A DNA stretch of 64,000 nucleotides from a candidate division TA06 bacterium B3_TA06 (GTDB taxonomy: Bacteria; Hydrothermota; Tepidihabitantia; B3-TA06): contig NJBO01000002.1 in NCBI GenBank assembly GCA_005223075.1, positions 1,836-65,835 on the forward strand. Reading direction: 5' to 3'. The notes beneath the pieces were generated by a model. It ran no database searches. It was not told the origin of the DNA and saw only the letters and a program-made list of their open reading frames with translations. Shown piece after piece: positions 56,284 to 64,000 of this stretch (position 1 is its first letter; every line of letters starts with the position of its first letter). Position numbers and translations under genes: made by a program.

Positions 56284-57470
56284 TACCATTACGTATTGAC
56301 TACGATCGCTGCACCCTTTGCGGCGAGTGCCTGCCCGCATGTCCGTTTGGTGCCCTGAGGATTCGAGATGATCGCCTATATGTGCTTGAGACCTGCAACT
56401 TGTGTGGGGCGTGCGTACCTGTCTGCCCGGAGGATGCCTTATCAATAGAGGAAGTTAAACGAACTAAAGAGATCGATCCCAGTGAGTGGCGCGGCGTGTG
56501 GGCCTTTGCAGAGCAGCGGCGGGGCGAGATTCAATCCTCGACTTACGAGCTTTTGGGATCGGCCAGGGGGCTGGCTGGAAAGCTCAACGTGCCGGTAACC
56601 GCAATATTGCTCGGAAACGAAGTGAAGGGACCTCGCTCGCTCCTTGCGGCCGGGGCCGACGAGGTGCTCTACGTTAAGAATGAGACCCTGGATCACTTCG
56701 GGGTTGAGCCTTACTCGAAGGCTATCGCCGACCTCATTTCCGAGCGCAAGCCAGAGATCGTTCTCGGTGCTGCGACCTTCATCGGGCGTTCGCTTCTTCC
56801 GCGCATCGCGGTGAGAGTGCATGCCGGGCTGACCGCGGACTGCACCGGGCTTGATGTCGACACCGAGAAGCGGCTCCTGCTTCAGACCCGCCCTGCGTTC
56901 GGCGGAAACATCATGGCCACCATCATCTGCCCCCAGCACCGACCACAGATGGCCACCGTGCGCCCTAAGGTAATGAAACCTCTGGAAGAACCCTACAACT
57001 CAAAGGGCAAAGTCTCTGAAATCTCGGTGGATTCGGCATCCAACCGTGTTCGCTTCCTTGAGTTCGTGGCCGACGACACCTCTCAGATCAACATCGCCGA
57101 GGCCGATATTATCGTCACCGGTGGAAGGGGGCTGCAGGATCCGAAGAACTTTGCCCTCATCGAGGAGCTTGCCGGTCTCCTCGGTAGTGCGGTTGGCGCA
57201 TCACGTGCCGCAGTAGACGCGGGCTGGATCAACTACTCACACCAGGTCGGTCAGACAGGCCGCACCGTCTCGCCCAAACTCTACATCGCAGTAGGGGTGT
57301 CAGGCGCCATCCAGCACCTTGTGGGGATGCAGTCATCGGACTACATCATCGCTGTTAACAAGGACCCAAACGCACCTATCTTCAAGGTGGCTGACGTAGG
57401 CATAGTGGGCGATCTGTTCGAGGTCGTTCCGAAGCTGATCGAGGAGATCAAACGCCGCAAGGGGGAATAA
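56283..57470 (+). CDS. etfA: electron transfer flavoprotein alpha subunit fused to an N-terminal 2x[4Fe-4S] ferredoxin domain; the 5' end is uncertain (first canonical start GTG 56382, but the conserved Fd motif begins upstream)
   Basis: The frame is open from 56259. It encodes CTLCGECLPACP (cluster 1) before the first GTG (56382), then CNLCGACVPVCP (cluster 2). The EtfA core follows (...IAVGVSGAIQHLVGM...). Confidence 0.8.
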   Translation: MPLRIDYDRCTLCGECLPACPFGALRIRDDRLYVLETCNLCGACVPVCPEDALSIEEVKRTKEIDPSEWRGVWAFAEQRRGEIQSSTYELLGSARGLAGKLNVPVTAILLGNEVKGPRSLLAAGADEVLYVKNETLDHFGVEPYSKAIADLISERKPEIVLGAATFIGRSLLPRIAVRVHAGLTADCTGLDVDTEKRLLLQTRPAFGGNIMATIICPQHRPQMATVRPKVMKPLEEPYNSKGKVSEISVDSASNRVRFLEFVADDTSQINIAEADIIVTGGRGLQDPKNFALIEELAGLLGSAVGASRAAVDAGWINYSHQVGQTGRTVSPKLYIAVGVSGAIQHLVGMQSSDYIIAVNKDPNAPIFKVADVGIVGDLFEVVPKLIEEIKRRKGE

Positions 57471-57622
57471 CATTCCCTAAAGCCACTATGCAGGGCACTA
57501 TCTCAAAAGTAACCCTGAATCCGCTTGATTCCAGCGATGTTGTCTATCGAGAGGTGCTGTATCCTTATAACCGAAGCTATGGCTCCAGATAATGACAAGA
57601 ATCCCCAGAAAGGATGTGGTGC

Positions 57623-57682
57623 GTGTTACGAGGTATTACGGGGTGTTACGGGGTGTTACGAGGTGTTACGGGGTGTTACGGG
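57623..57682 (+). repeat. tandem array (~6.5 copies) of the 9-bp unit GTGTTACGG/GTGTTACGA, overlapping the coaE start
   Basis: gtgttacgaggtattacggggtgttacggggtgttacgaggtgttacggggtgttacgg. Related arrays at 18589-18620, 23878-23905 (revcomp), 30643-30678 (revcomp) and 39965-39985 (revcomp). Confidence 0.8.
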
Positions 57683-58266
57683 TAGGTGTAACCGGTCGGG
57701 CAGGCTCAGGCAAGTCAACCTTTGCCCGGATGCTTGCCGAAAACCGAGCCAGCATCCTGGATGCAGACAAGATCGCATGGAAACTATACTCCAATCCTAC
57801 TGTCCGCAAGAACCTCGCCGAAGCGTTCGGCAGGAAGATCTTCAACAAAGAGGGGGCCGTTGATCGAAAAAGCCTGGGGGAAATCGTCTTCACGAACCCG
57901 GAAAAGCTAAAGCGACTGAACGCCATCATCCACCCTCTGCTTGTGGGCGAACTCAAACATCGGATAACCCGATCCTCTCAAAAAGTGGTAATCATAGACG
58001 CAGCCCTTCTACTTGACTGGCCTCTGGCTCGTGAATGCGATCTTCTGATAGCCGTCCTCGCCCAGGAAGATATCTCGGTTGCCAGATTAACAAAGAAAGG
58101 GACAAGCCCAAACCGAACCAGGGCAATACTGGCAACCCAACGCCCAGAGCAAGAGTTTCGCACACTCTGTCATGTGGTAGTAGAAAACAACAAGGATTTG
58201 AGTGAACTAAAACTCAAGGCCGATAAGATTTGGCAAGAAAGGATTAAACCTTTACTCGACACTTAG
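57673..58266 (+). CDS. coaE: dephospho-CoA kinase
   Basis: A GTG start gives MLRVGVTGRAGSGKST (P-loop) ...ILDADKIAW. The start codon lies inside the last repeat unit. Confidence 0.85.
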   Translation: MLRVGVTGRAGSGKSTFARMLAENRASILDADKIAWKLYSNPTVRKNLAEAFGRKIFNKEGAVDRKSLGEIVFTNPEKLKRLNAIIHPLLVGELKHRITRSSQKVVIIDAALLLDWPLARECDLLIAVLAQEDISVARLTKKGTSPNRTRAILATQRPEQEFRTLCHVVVENNKDLSELKLKADKIWQERIKPLLDT

Positions 58267-58310
58267 CGTCCCAGACGGAATCACAATTTGATATTAGGAT
58301 AGTGTTCCGG

Positions 58311-58450
58311 ATTACCTACATTCAACGTTGAAGTGCAACACCGAGGTTAGCGACTTCGAGGGAAGTTTTAAAGCCCAGGACACTTTGCTCCGTGTCCATC
58401 GCCCTTTGGTCTGAGTCTGTTGTTTAGCCTTGATTGCTCCGTATACGTCG
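58311..58450 (-). mobile_element. degraded solo end (~110-140 bp) of an IS30-family element
   Basis: Reverse-complement similarity to 38020-38127 (right TIR plus the 3' end of the transposase gene): 28 bp identical (ACCTACATTCAACGTTGAAGTGCAACAC), then diverged. Confidence 0.65.
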
Positions 58451-58696
58451 CCCTCCGGTCTATCAACTTGATTTCCTCGCCACTGATTTTAGCGAAGTAG
58501 CGTAGGGGCCGACCTTCAGGTCGGCCCGCTTTTATGATTTGGATGACTCGCAGACAAAGGATTAATGAAGGTAACCATACAGTTCGTTAAGGAGGCTTAG
58601 ACTCCTTGAGTGATATGACCACCTCCTTGCGAAGCCGTCATACGATACCTTCTTTCAAACATTTCGAGTAGATTTCCGGTAAGGCAATGCGAACAC

Positions 58697-58724
58697 TTGA
58701 CAAGTTACAGAAATCGGATAAACT
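58697..58724 (+). promoter_or_regulatory. sigma70-like promoter TTGACA-N16-TAAACT for the lipoprotein gene
   Basis: Consensus -35, ~20 nt upstream of the ribosome-binding site. Confidence 0.4.
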
Positions 58725-58744
58725 TCTCCATCAAAGGAGGATGC

Positions 58745-59131
58745 ATGAAAAAGTTGCTCTTGCTTATCCCTCTCGTTGCAATGATTGCGCTCAGCGGATG
58801 CGCGTGGCAAGCCGTTTCTAAGGTCCCCCCACCGAAAGACGTATTCATGACAACCGGCGACATGAAGGACGGCGACTACGAACCAGTAGGAATGGTTAGT
58901 GCGATGCGCATCGAACTGGCATTCAGCTGTCTCGGTATCCTGCCCCCTCTCTATCCCATGATAGGGCCACAGGCACAAGACTTGCTTTTTGAGCAGCTGG
59001 CCAAGGAAGCCAAGAGGATGGGTGCCAACGCCGTAATCAATATAAGAACCTCTGTCATACCTGCCCCGATCATCCCAGGGCTTATCTGGATACCTGTGGT
59101 TAACATGAGCGGCATGGCGATCAAGATGTAG
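58745..59131 (+). CDS. small lipoprotein with YbjQ/DUF74-like (heavy-metal-binding-like) domain
   Basis: AAGGAGG ribosome-binding site. Lipobox LSGC. C-terminal GANAVINIRT...MSGMAIKM resembles the YbjQ family. Confidence 0.55.
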   Translation: MKKLLLLIPLVAMIALSGCAWQAVSKVPPPKDVFMTTGDMKDGDYEPVGMVSAMRIELAFSCLGILPPLYPMIGPQAQDLLFEQLAKEAKRMGANAVINIRTSVIPAPIIPGLIWIPVVNMSGMAIKM

Positions 59132-59146
59132 GCTTTCAAAGATTCA

Positions 59147-59178
59147 AAGAGGGTGCCCAGGCACCCTCTTTTTTCTTA
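59147..59178 (+). terminator. rho-independent terminator (AGAGGGTGCC-CAG-GCACCCTCT plus TTTTTTCTT)
   Basis: Textbook stem-loop plus a U-run right after the lipoprotein gene stop. Confidence 0.8.
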
Positions 59179-59345
59179 CCCCACTCGGTCGCTTCACGAC
59201 CGAGCGGGGACCCCTGAACTATTTAGACCTGGCAATCCGAAGATATAACCTTGCGAAATACAAGTTATGCATTATCAGGTCTTACAAGGATCAACATAAC
59301 CTCCAGACCCGTTGACAATCCGCACTTTCTGATTAATATCAACGA

Positions 59346-60803
59346 ATGGAGCTTTCGTTTGATCTCTCAAAATCCACTCGCAGGGCGTTCCGCTTCAGCG
59401 AACTGGATGTCCCTGAAAGGAAGATATCGGAGTTCATACCTGAGCGCTATATTCGCAAACAAGATGCCTTGCTACCCGAGGTTGCCGAACCCGAGCTGGC
59501 CAGACATTTTGTGCACCTTTCCACCCTCAACCACCATATGGACAAGGGCTTCTACCCCCTGGGCTCGTGCACCATGAAGTACAACCCAAAGATCAACGAG
59601 GATGTTGCCCGTCTTGCGGGATTCGCAGACCTTCATCCCCTGGCACCGGTGAGTATAACTCAGGGAGCGCTTCAGTTGATGTATGAGTTGGAGAAACTTC
59701 TTTCCGAGATCTCGGGATTCGATGCGGTAACCCTCCAGCCCTCGGCAGGCGCGCAGGGGGAGCTTTGCGCAAACCTTATCACCCGTGCCTACTTCAAACA
59801 CAAGAACGAGAATCGAACCAAGGCCATTATACCCGACTCGGCACACGGCACCAACCCTGCAAGCGTAATACTTTCAGGCTTCGAGTCCGTAACCGTGCGT
59901 TCAAATCCTCAAGGCCTTATTGATCTTGAGGATCTTGAGAGCAAGCTCTCGCCGGATACAGCACTCATCATGATCACCAACCCCAACACCCTTGGACTCT
60001 TCGAGCCCGATATCTCCAAGGTGATCGAGAAGGTGCACTCGGCAGGTGCCCTTGCCTACCTTGATGGAGCCAACCTCAACGCACTCATGGGGATAGTCAA
60101 GCCGGTCGAGATGGGCTTTGATCTCATGCACTTCAATCTGCACAAGACCTTTTCCACGCCGCACGGCGGCGGAGGACCGGGATCAGGCCCGGTTGGAATG
60201 ACCAAGGAGCTTGAGGCATTCCGACCCGTACCGGTAACGGAAAAGCATGGTGAAACCTACCGCCTGAACTATGAACGGCCGCTCTCCATCGGCAAACTAC
60301 AGGCCTTCTACGGCAACTTTCTGGTGATGGTCAAAGCCTACACCTACATCCGGATACTCGGTGCTTCCGGGATAGCCGATGTGTCCAGAAACGCAATCCT
60401 CAACGCGAACTATGTAAAAAGCCTTATTGAGGATGTTCTAGAGGTGCCACATCCCCAACACTGCATGCACGAGTTTGTAGCATCGGGCAAGGCACTGCGC
60501 AAATTTAATTTAAAAACCACCGATCTGGCGAAGCGTCTTTTGGACTACGGCTATCATGCACCTACCATCTACTTCCCCCTGATCGTCTCCGAGGCGTTGA
60601 TGGTTGAGCCGACCGAAACCGAGACCGTAGAAACCCTTGAGGGCTTTGCCGAGGCTATCCATCAGATAATGCAAGAATCCAAAATCAACCCCGAGATGCT
60701 GCGTCAAGCACCTCACACCACCCCGGTGGGACGACTTGATGAGGTGCGAGCAGTCAAGGAACTAGATGTTTGCTTCAGACCTGACCGAGAAACGCAAGGC
60801 TGA
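59346..60803 (+). CDS. gcvPB: glycine dehydrogenase (decarboxylating) subunit 2 (P-protein C-terminal subunit)
   Basis: YPLGSCTMKYNP. The PLP-lysine region is HFNLHKTFSTPHGGGGPG. Confidence 0.92.
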   Translation: MELSFDLSKSTRRAFRFSELDVPERKISEFIPERYIRKQDALLPEVAEPELARHFVHLSTLNHHMDKGFYPLGSCTMKYNPKINEDVARLAGFADLHPLAPVSITQGALQLMYELEKLLSEISGFDAVTLQPSAGAQGELCANLITRAYFKHKNENRTKAIIPDSAHGTNPASVILSGFESVTVRSNPQGLIDLEDLESKLSPDTALIMITNPNTLGLFEPDISKVIEKVHSAGALAYLDGANLNALMGIVKPVEMGFDLMHFNLHKTFSTPHGGGGPGSGPVGMTKELEAFRPVPVTEKHGETYRLNYERPLSIGKLQAFYGNFLVMVKAYTYIRILGASGIADVSRNAILNANYVKSLIEDVLEVPHPQHCMHEFVASGKALRKFNLKTTDLAKRLLDYGYHAPTIYFPLIVSEALMVEPTETETVETLEGFAEAIHQIMQESKINPEMLRQAPHTTPVGRLDEVRAVKELDVCFRPDRETQG

Positions 60804-61113
60804 ACTCTGCACGAAGATTGCCGAGAAGGTCGTGCGGTTTCGCCTTTCGCCCTTGGCGATTCTTATGATTGAGTCTGTCAAACCGCTGAGCTTTTTGGGG
60901 AACCAGCTCATGGTCTTCTTCGCGCCTATGGTGGGTGCATTTACATCCAGCCCTGTATATGAGGAGATGACCGCGTTCCTCGAGGAACGCTCAAACCTCG
61001 AGATGCTGATCCAGAAAATCGAAGAGATGGAGAACGAATGGGTGAAGAAAGAAAAAGAAACCAAGGAAGCGAGGAGGAAAGCAAGGAGGGAAAAGCGTGG
61101 CAAAAGCAAGTAA
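60766..61113 (+). CDS. hypothetical small membrane/coiled-coil protein
   Basis: Fills the gap between gcvPB and the next gene. One hydrophobic segment and a K/E/R-rich tail. Weak support. Confidence 0.3.
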   Translation: MFASDLTEKRKAELCTKIAEKVVRFRLSPLAILMIESVKPLSFLGNQLMVFFAPMVGAFTSSPVYEEMTAFLEERSNLEMLIQKIEEMENEWVKKEKETKEARRKARREKRGKSK

Positions 61114-62941
61114 AAAATTTAAAGAAATAGAAACAATCCTGGCTACGGATTGTGGGTCTACCACCACCAAGGCTATTTTAATCAAGAAGCAAGGTGATGA
61201 ATACCGGCTGGTGGTGCGGGGTGAGGCACCCACGACGGTAGAAGCTCCTTTTGAGGACGTAACCCGTGGGGCCTTAAACTCCATAAGGGAGGTGGAGGAG
61301 CTCACCGGGGAAAAGATACTCGACGGTGAAAGGATAATCAAGCCGGCCCGGTCGAAGAAGGAAGGGGTGGACGTTTATATCTCTACGTCATCGGCGGGCG
61401 GAGGCCTGCAGATGATGGTCGCAGGGGTTGTTCTGACCATGACCGGTGAGAGTGCGGCACGTGCTGCACTTGGAGCCGGCGCAATCGTGATGGACGTTAT
61501 CGCCTCCAACGACGGCAGGCTGCCCCACCAGAAGATCGAACGCATCAGGCACCTTCGGCCTGACATGATACTCCTCTCAGGCGGCGTGGACGGCGGAACC
61601 ATCTCACATGTGGCCGAGTTAGCAGAGTTGATCCGTGCAGCCGATCCGAGACCGCGTTTCGGCACCACCTACAGCCTGCCAGTGATATATGCGGGCAACA
61701 AGGACGCCCGTAAGATAATCCTCGATACACTTAAGGAAGCCACTGAGCTTGTGGTTGTCGAAAACCTACGACCCGTACTTGAACGTGAAAACCTGGGGCC
61801 GGCCCGCGACAAGATCCATGATCTCTTCATGGAACACGTGATGGCTCACGCACCCGGCTATAAGAAACTCATGGCCTGGACAGACGTACCCATCATGCCG
61901 ACACCTGGTGCAGTGGGACTTCTTATCGAAAGAATAGGCAAGCGGCAGGGAATCGACGTGCTGGGCGTTGACATAGGGGGAGCGACAACGGACATATTCA
62001 GCGTATTTCAGGATAAGTCTACAGAGGTAGAAAACCCTGAGCGAGTCTTCAACCGCACGGTAAGCGCCAACCTTGGGATGAGCTACTCGATCTCCAACGT
62101 GCTGCTGGAGGCGGGGAACGAGAACATCCTGCGATGGATCCCTTTCGAGGTTGACGTTACTGAGCTTAGAAACCGCATCCGCAACAAGATGATCCGTCCA
62201 ACCACCATCCCGGCGACACTCGAGGATTTAAAGATGGAACACGCGGTGGCCAGGGAAGCCTTAAGGCTGGCACTCAAACAGCATAGGAGCATGGCTGTAG
62301 GACTTAAGGGCATTCAGCAGGAACGCTCAATCGCCGACGCCTTCTCCCAGAAAATCTCAGGCGAGACGTTGGTCGACATGATGTCGCTTTCTCAGATTGT
62401 TGGATCAGGCGGCGCACTTTCTCACTCCCCGCGTCGAGCTCAGGCCGCGATACTGATGCTCGATGCCTTCCAGCCCGAAGGAATAACCCGCATGGCTGTG
62501 GACTCCATCTTTATGATGCCCCATCTCGGAGTCCTCACCGAGGTCAACGAAAAAGCGGCACAAGAGGTGTTTGAAAAAGACTGCCTTATCCCTCTGGGAA
62601 CAGCCATCGCCCCTGCAGGAGAAGGCAAGAAAGGCGCTGCTTGCTTGAAGGTCATCTTCAAACCCCAAAAGGGGAAGCTTCAGGAACTAACCCTCAGGTA
62701 TGGGGATCTTGTAAAGCTACCGGTGGGCGTGGACGAGAAAGCAAAAGTAGAACTCTATCCCGAACGCGGCTTCGACGTAGGAGAAGGCTCGGGCAAGAGC
62801 CTTGAGGCTCTGGTCACCGGCGGCCAGGTTGGAGTCATCATTGACTGCCGCGGCAGACCTCTCCGGCTGCCGGAGGATAAGAATGAACGCATAAATGCGC
62901 TTCGGCGATGGACCGAAGCTATGGAAATGTATCCTGCATGA
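61097..62941 (+). CDS. ASKHA-fold (actin/Hsp70/sugar-kinase-like) protein, glutamate-mutase-accessory GlmL/MutL-like family
   Basis: N-terminal phosphate-1 motif LATDCGSTTTKAIL. A second Gly-rich motif LLSGGVDGGT. 614 aa. The family call is tentative. Confidence 0.5.
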   Translation: MAKASKKFKEIETILATDCGSTTTKAILIKKQGDEYRLVVRGEAPTTVEAPFEDVTRGALNSIREVEELTGEKILDGERIIKPARSKKEGVDVYISTSSAGGGLQMMVAGVVLTMTGESAARAALGAGAIVMDVIASNDGRLPHQKIERIRHLRPDMILLSGGVDGGTISHVAELAELIRAADPRPRFGTTYSLPVIYAGNKDARKIILDTLKEATELVVVENLRPVLERENLGPARDKIHDLFMEHVMAHAPGYKKLMAWTDVPIMPTPGAVGLLIERIGKRQGIDVLGVDIGGATTDIFSVFQDKSTEVENPERVFNRTVSANLGMSYSISNVLLEAGNENILRWIPFEVDVTELRNRIRNKMIRPTTIPATLEDLKMEHAVAREALRLALKQHRSMAVGLKGIQQERSIADAFSQKISGETLVDMMSLSQIVGSGGALSHSPRRAQAAILMLDAFQPEGITRMAVDSIFMMPHLGVLTEVNEKAAQEVFEKDCLIPLGTAIAPAGEGKKGAACLKVIFKPQKGKLQELTLRYGDLVKLPVGVDEKAKVELYPERGFDVGEGSGKSLEALVTGGQVGVIIDCRGRPLRLPEDKNERINALRRWTEAMEMYPA

Positions 62942-64000
62942 ACGTAATCATCCTTCTTCTTCTAACGCAGATAGGCAGACCGTTCCTAGCACGAACGGCG
63001 ATTGAACCTTACGAGAACGCACATCTGGTGATGCTTCTTTCAGAAACCATAGATACCCGCACCACCCCCACCATAGCTGAGGGCTCCGGTAGTCGGTTCA
63101 TCGTCAAGTTTGACAGCCCTCCTACCAACGCTGAGCGATCTCTTCTAAAAACAGCCGGATTCACCATCGAAGGCTACATTCCCCACTACGCGTATCTTGT
63201 AAGCGGGGAAACTCAAGCTGTCCAGGAGCTGTTGGACGCACAAACCATCTCCTGGGCTTCAACCTACGAGCCGAGATGGAAGCTGGCTCCAGGGCTTGCG
63301 TCAGGTGAAGATCACACCGATACCCTTCACGTTTTGTTGTTTGCCGACGCTGACCTTGCGGCCACTGTCCCTCTGGTGGAGGATTTAAGCGGGGTGGTTC
63401 ACTCTGCCCACGACGGCGTCAACAAAACCCTTATGATCTCGGTAGATAAGGATCGCCTCCTGGAGATCGCGGCTCTTGACGCGGTACGCTGGATCGAGCC
63501 CTTCTACGCACCCCGCTTCCACAACAACCAGGCCCAGTGGGTTCTTCAGAGCTGGCAGGCGGAGATCCGCAGCCTTTGGGACAGGGGTCTGGACGGTGAA
63601 GGCGTGGTGCTAAGCACCGGTGATTCCGGTATAAACACCGGGCACGTGGCGTACCGTGACTCTACCATTGAGATTACCGACTGGGGGAATTTCCCCACCC
63701 ACCGCAAGATCATCGCCTATCAGCCATCGGCCCCTGGGGCAACATTCGGTGATACACCCGCTACAGAATACCACGGGACCCATACCGGGTGCACGGTGTG
63801 CGGAGACGACTCCTACTGGGGCAAAGAGGCTCCTTACGACGGTATGGCTCCCAAAGCCAAACTCTACTTTGTAGATGTGGGAGGCCCATCGGGAGCACCA
63901 GCTTACCCCTCGGACTATAACGACATGTACGAACTGCCCTGGAGCGGCAACGAGGGAGGCAAAGCCAAACTCATGTCCAACAGCTGGGGCTCGGGCGGCG
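62938..64000 (+). CDS. 3'-truncated S8 subtilase with N-terminal propeptide (runs off the window end)
   Basis: Signal-like N-terminus. Asp motif VVLSTGDSGI. His motif EYHGTHTGCTV. The frame is open to the end of the window. The start overlaps the upstream stop (ATGA). Confidence 0.75.
   Translation, partial: MNVIILLLLTQIGRPFLARTAIEPYENAHLVMLLSETIDTRTTPTIAEGSGSRFIVKFDSPPTNAERSLLKTAGFTIEGYIPHYAYLVSGETQAVQELLDAQTISWASTYEPRWKLAPGLASGEDHTDTLHVLLFADADLAATVPLVEDLSGVVHSAHDGVNKTLMISVDKDRLLEIAALDAVRWIEPFYAPRFHNNQAQWVLQSWQAEIRSLWDRGLDGEGVVLSTGDSGINTGHVAYRDSTIEITDWGNFPTHRKIIAYQPSAPGATFGDTPATEYHGTHTGCTVCGDDSYWGKEAPYDGMAPKAKLYFVDVGGPSGAPAYPSDYNDMYELPWSGNEGGKAKLMSNSWGSGG

Noticed and set aside
59180-59345. 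Glycine riboswitch upstream of gcvPB
   Set aside because: I found no conserved GGAGAG...CACCG...GGGCAA core, only a generic hairpin.
60766-61113. Whether the 115-aa ORF is real or just the gcvPB/GlmL-like intergenic spacer
   Set aside because: I kept it as a low-confidence CDS. It overlaps both neighbours slightly and has no clear ribosome-binding site.

Overview
This 64 kb window (about 55% GC) is a bacterial chromosome segment with canonical sigma70-type promoters (TTGACA-N16/17-TAnAnT) and strong AGGAGG ribosome-binding sites. It is densely packed with secreted proteins that carry C-terminal T9SS/Por-type sorting domains, which points to a member of the FCB superphylum, probably an uncultured lineage. 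Two accessory blocks, 1-18360 and 25560-34475, hold at least 14 such cargo genes. They include an S8 subtilase, a C10 streptopain-like cysteine peptidase, an FG-GAP protein, BNR/Ycf48-like propellers and large paralogous proteins of unknown function. Both blocks show recent tandem duplication and domain shuffling. Housekeeping blocks lie between and after them: crp/fnr, prfA-prmC-nadK-recN, pgsA-like, lipB-lipA, acpP-fabF, etfB-etfA, coaE, gcvPB, two cyclophilins, and a partial V-type ATPase operon with subunits G/H, I, K and E only. The intergenic space carries several small repeat families: REP/MITE-like hairpins (GGGCCGACCT..AGGTCGGCCCCTACG), a covarying GGGGTCCCC-stem-GAAG-stem-GGGGT hairpin, 9-bp GTGTTACGG tandem arrays at gene 5' ends, and iteron-like 11-13 bp direct repeats. 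There is also an IS30-family insertion that splits an HNH endonuclease gene, and a second degraded IS30 end. The most unusual locus is a repeat-bounded cassette at 40.8-45.0 kb. It encodes a membrane-anchored coiled-coil protein with an Mrr-like (PD-(D/E)xK) nuclease domain, followed by two tandem translationally coupled Pro/Lys-rich micro-ORFs. Other oddities are a homopolymer frameshift in a secreted protein gene and an EtfA whose ferredoxin domain begins upstream of any canonical start codon.
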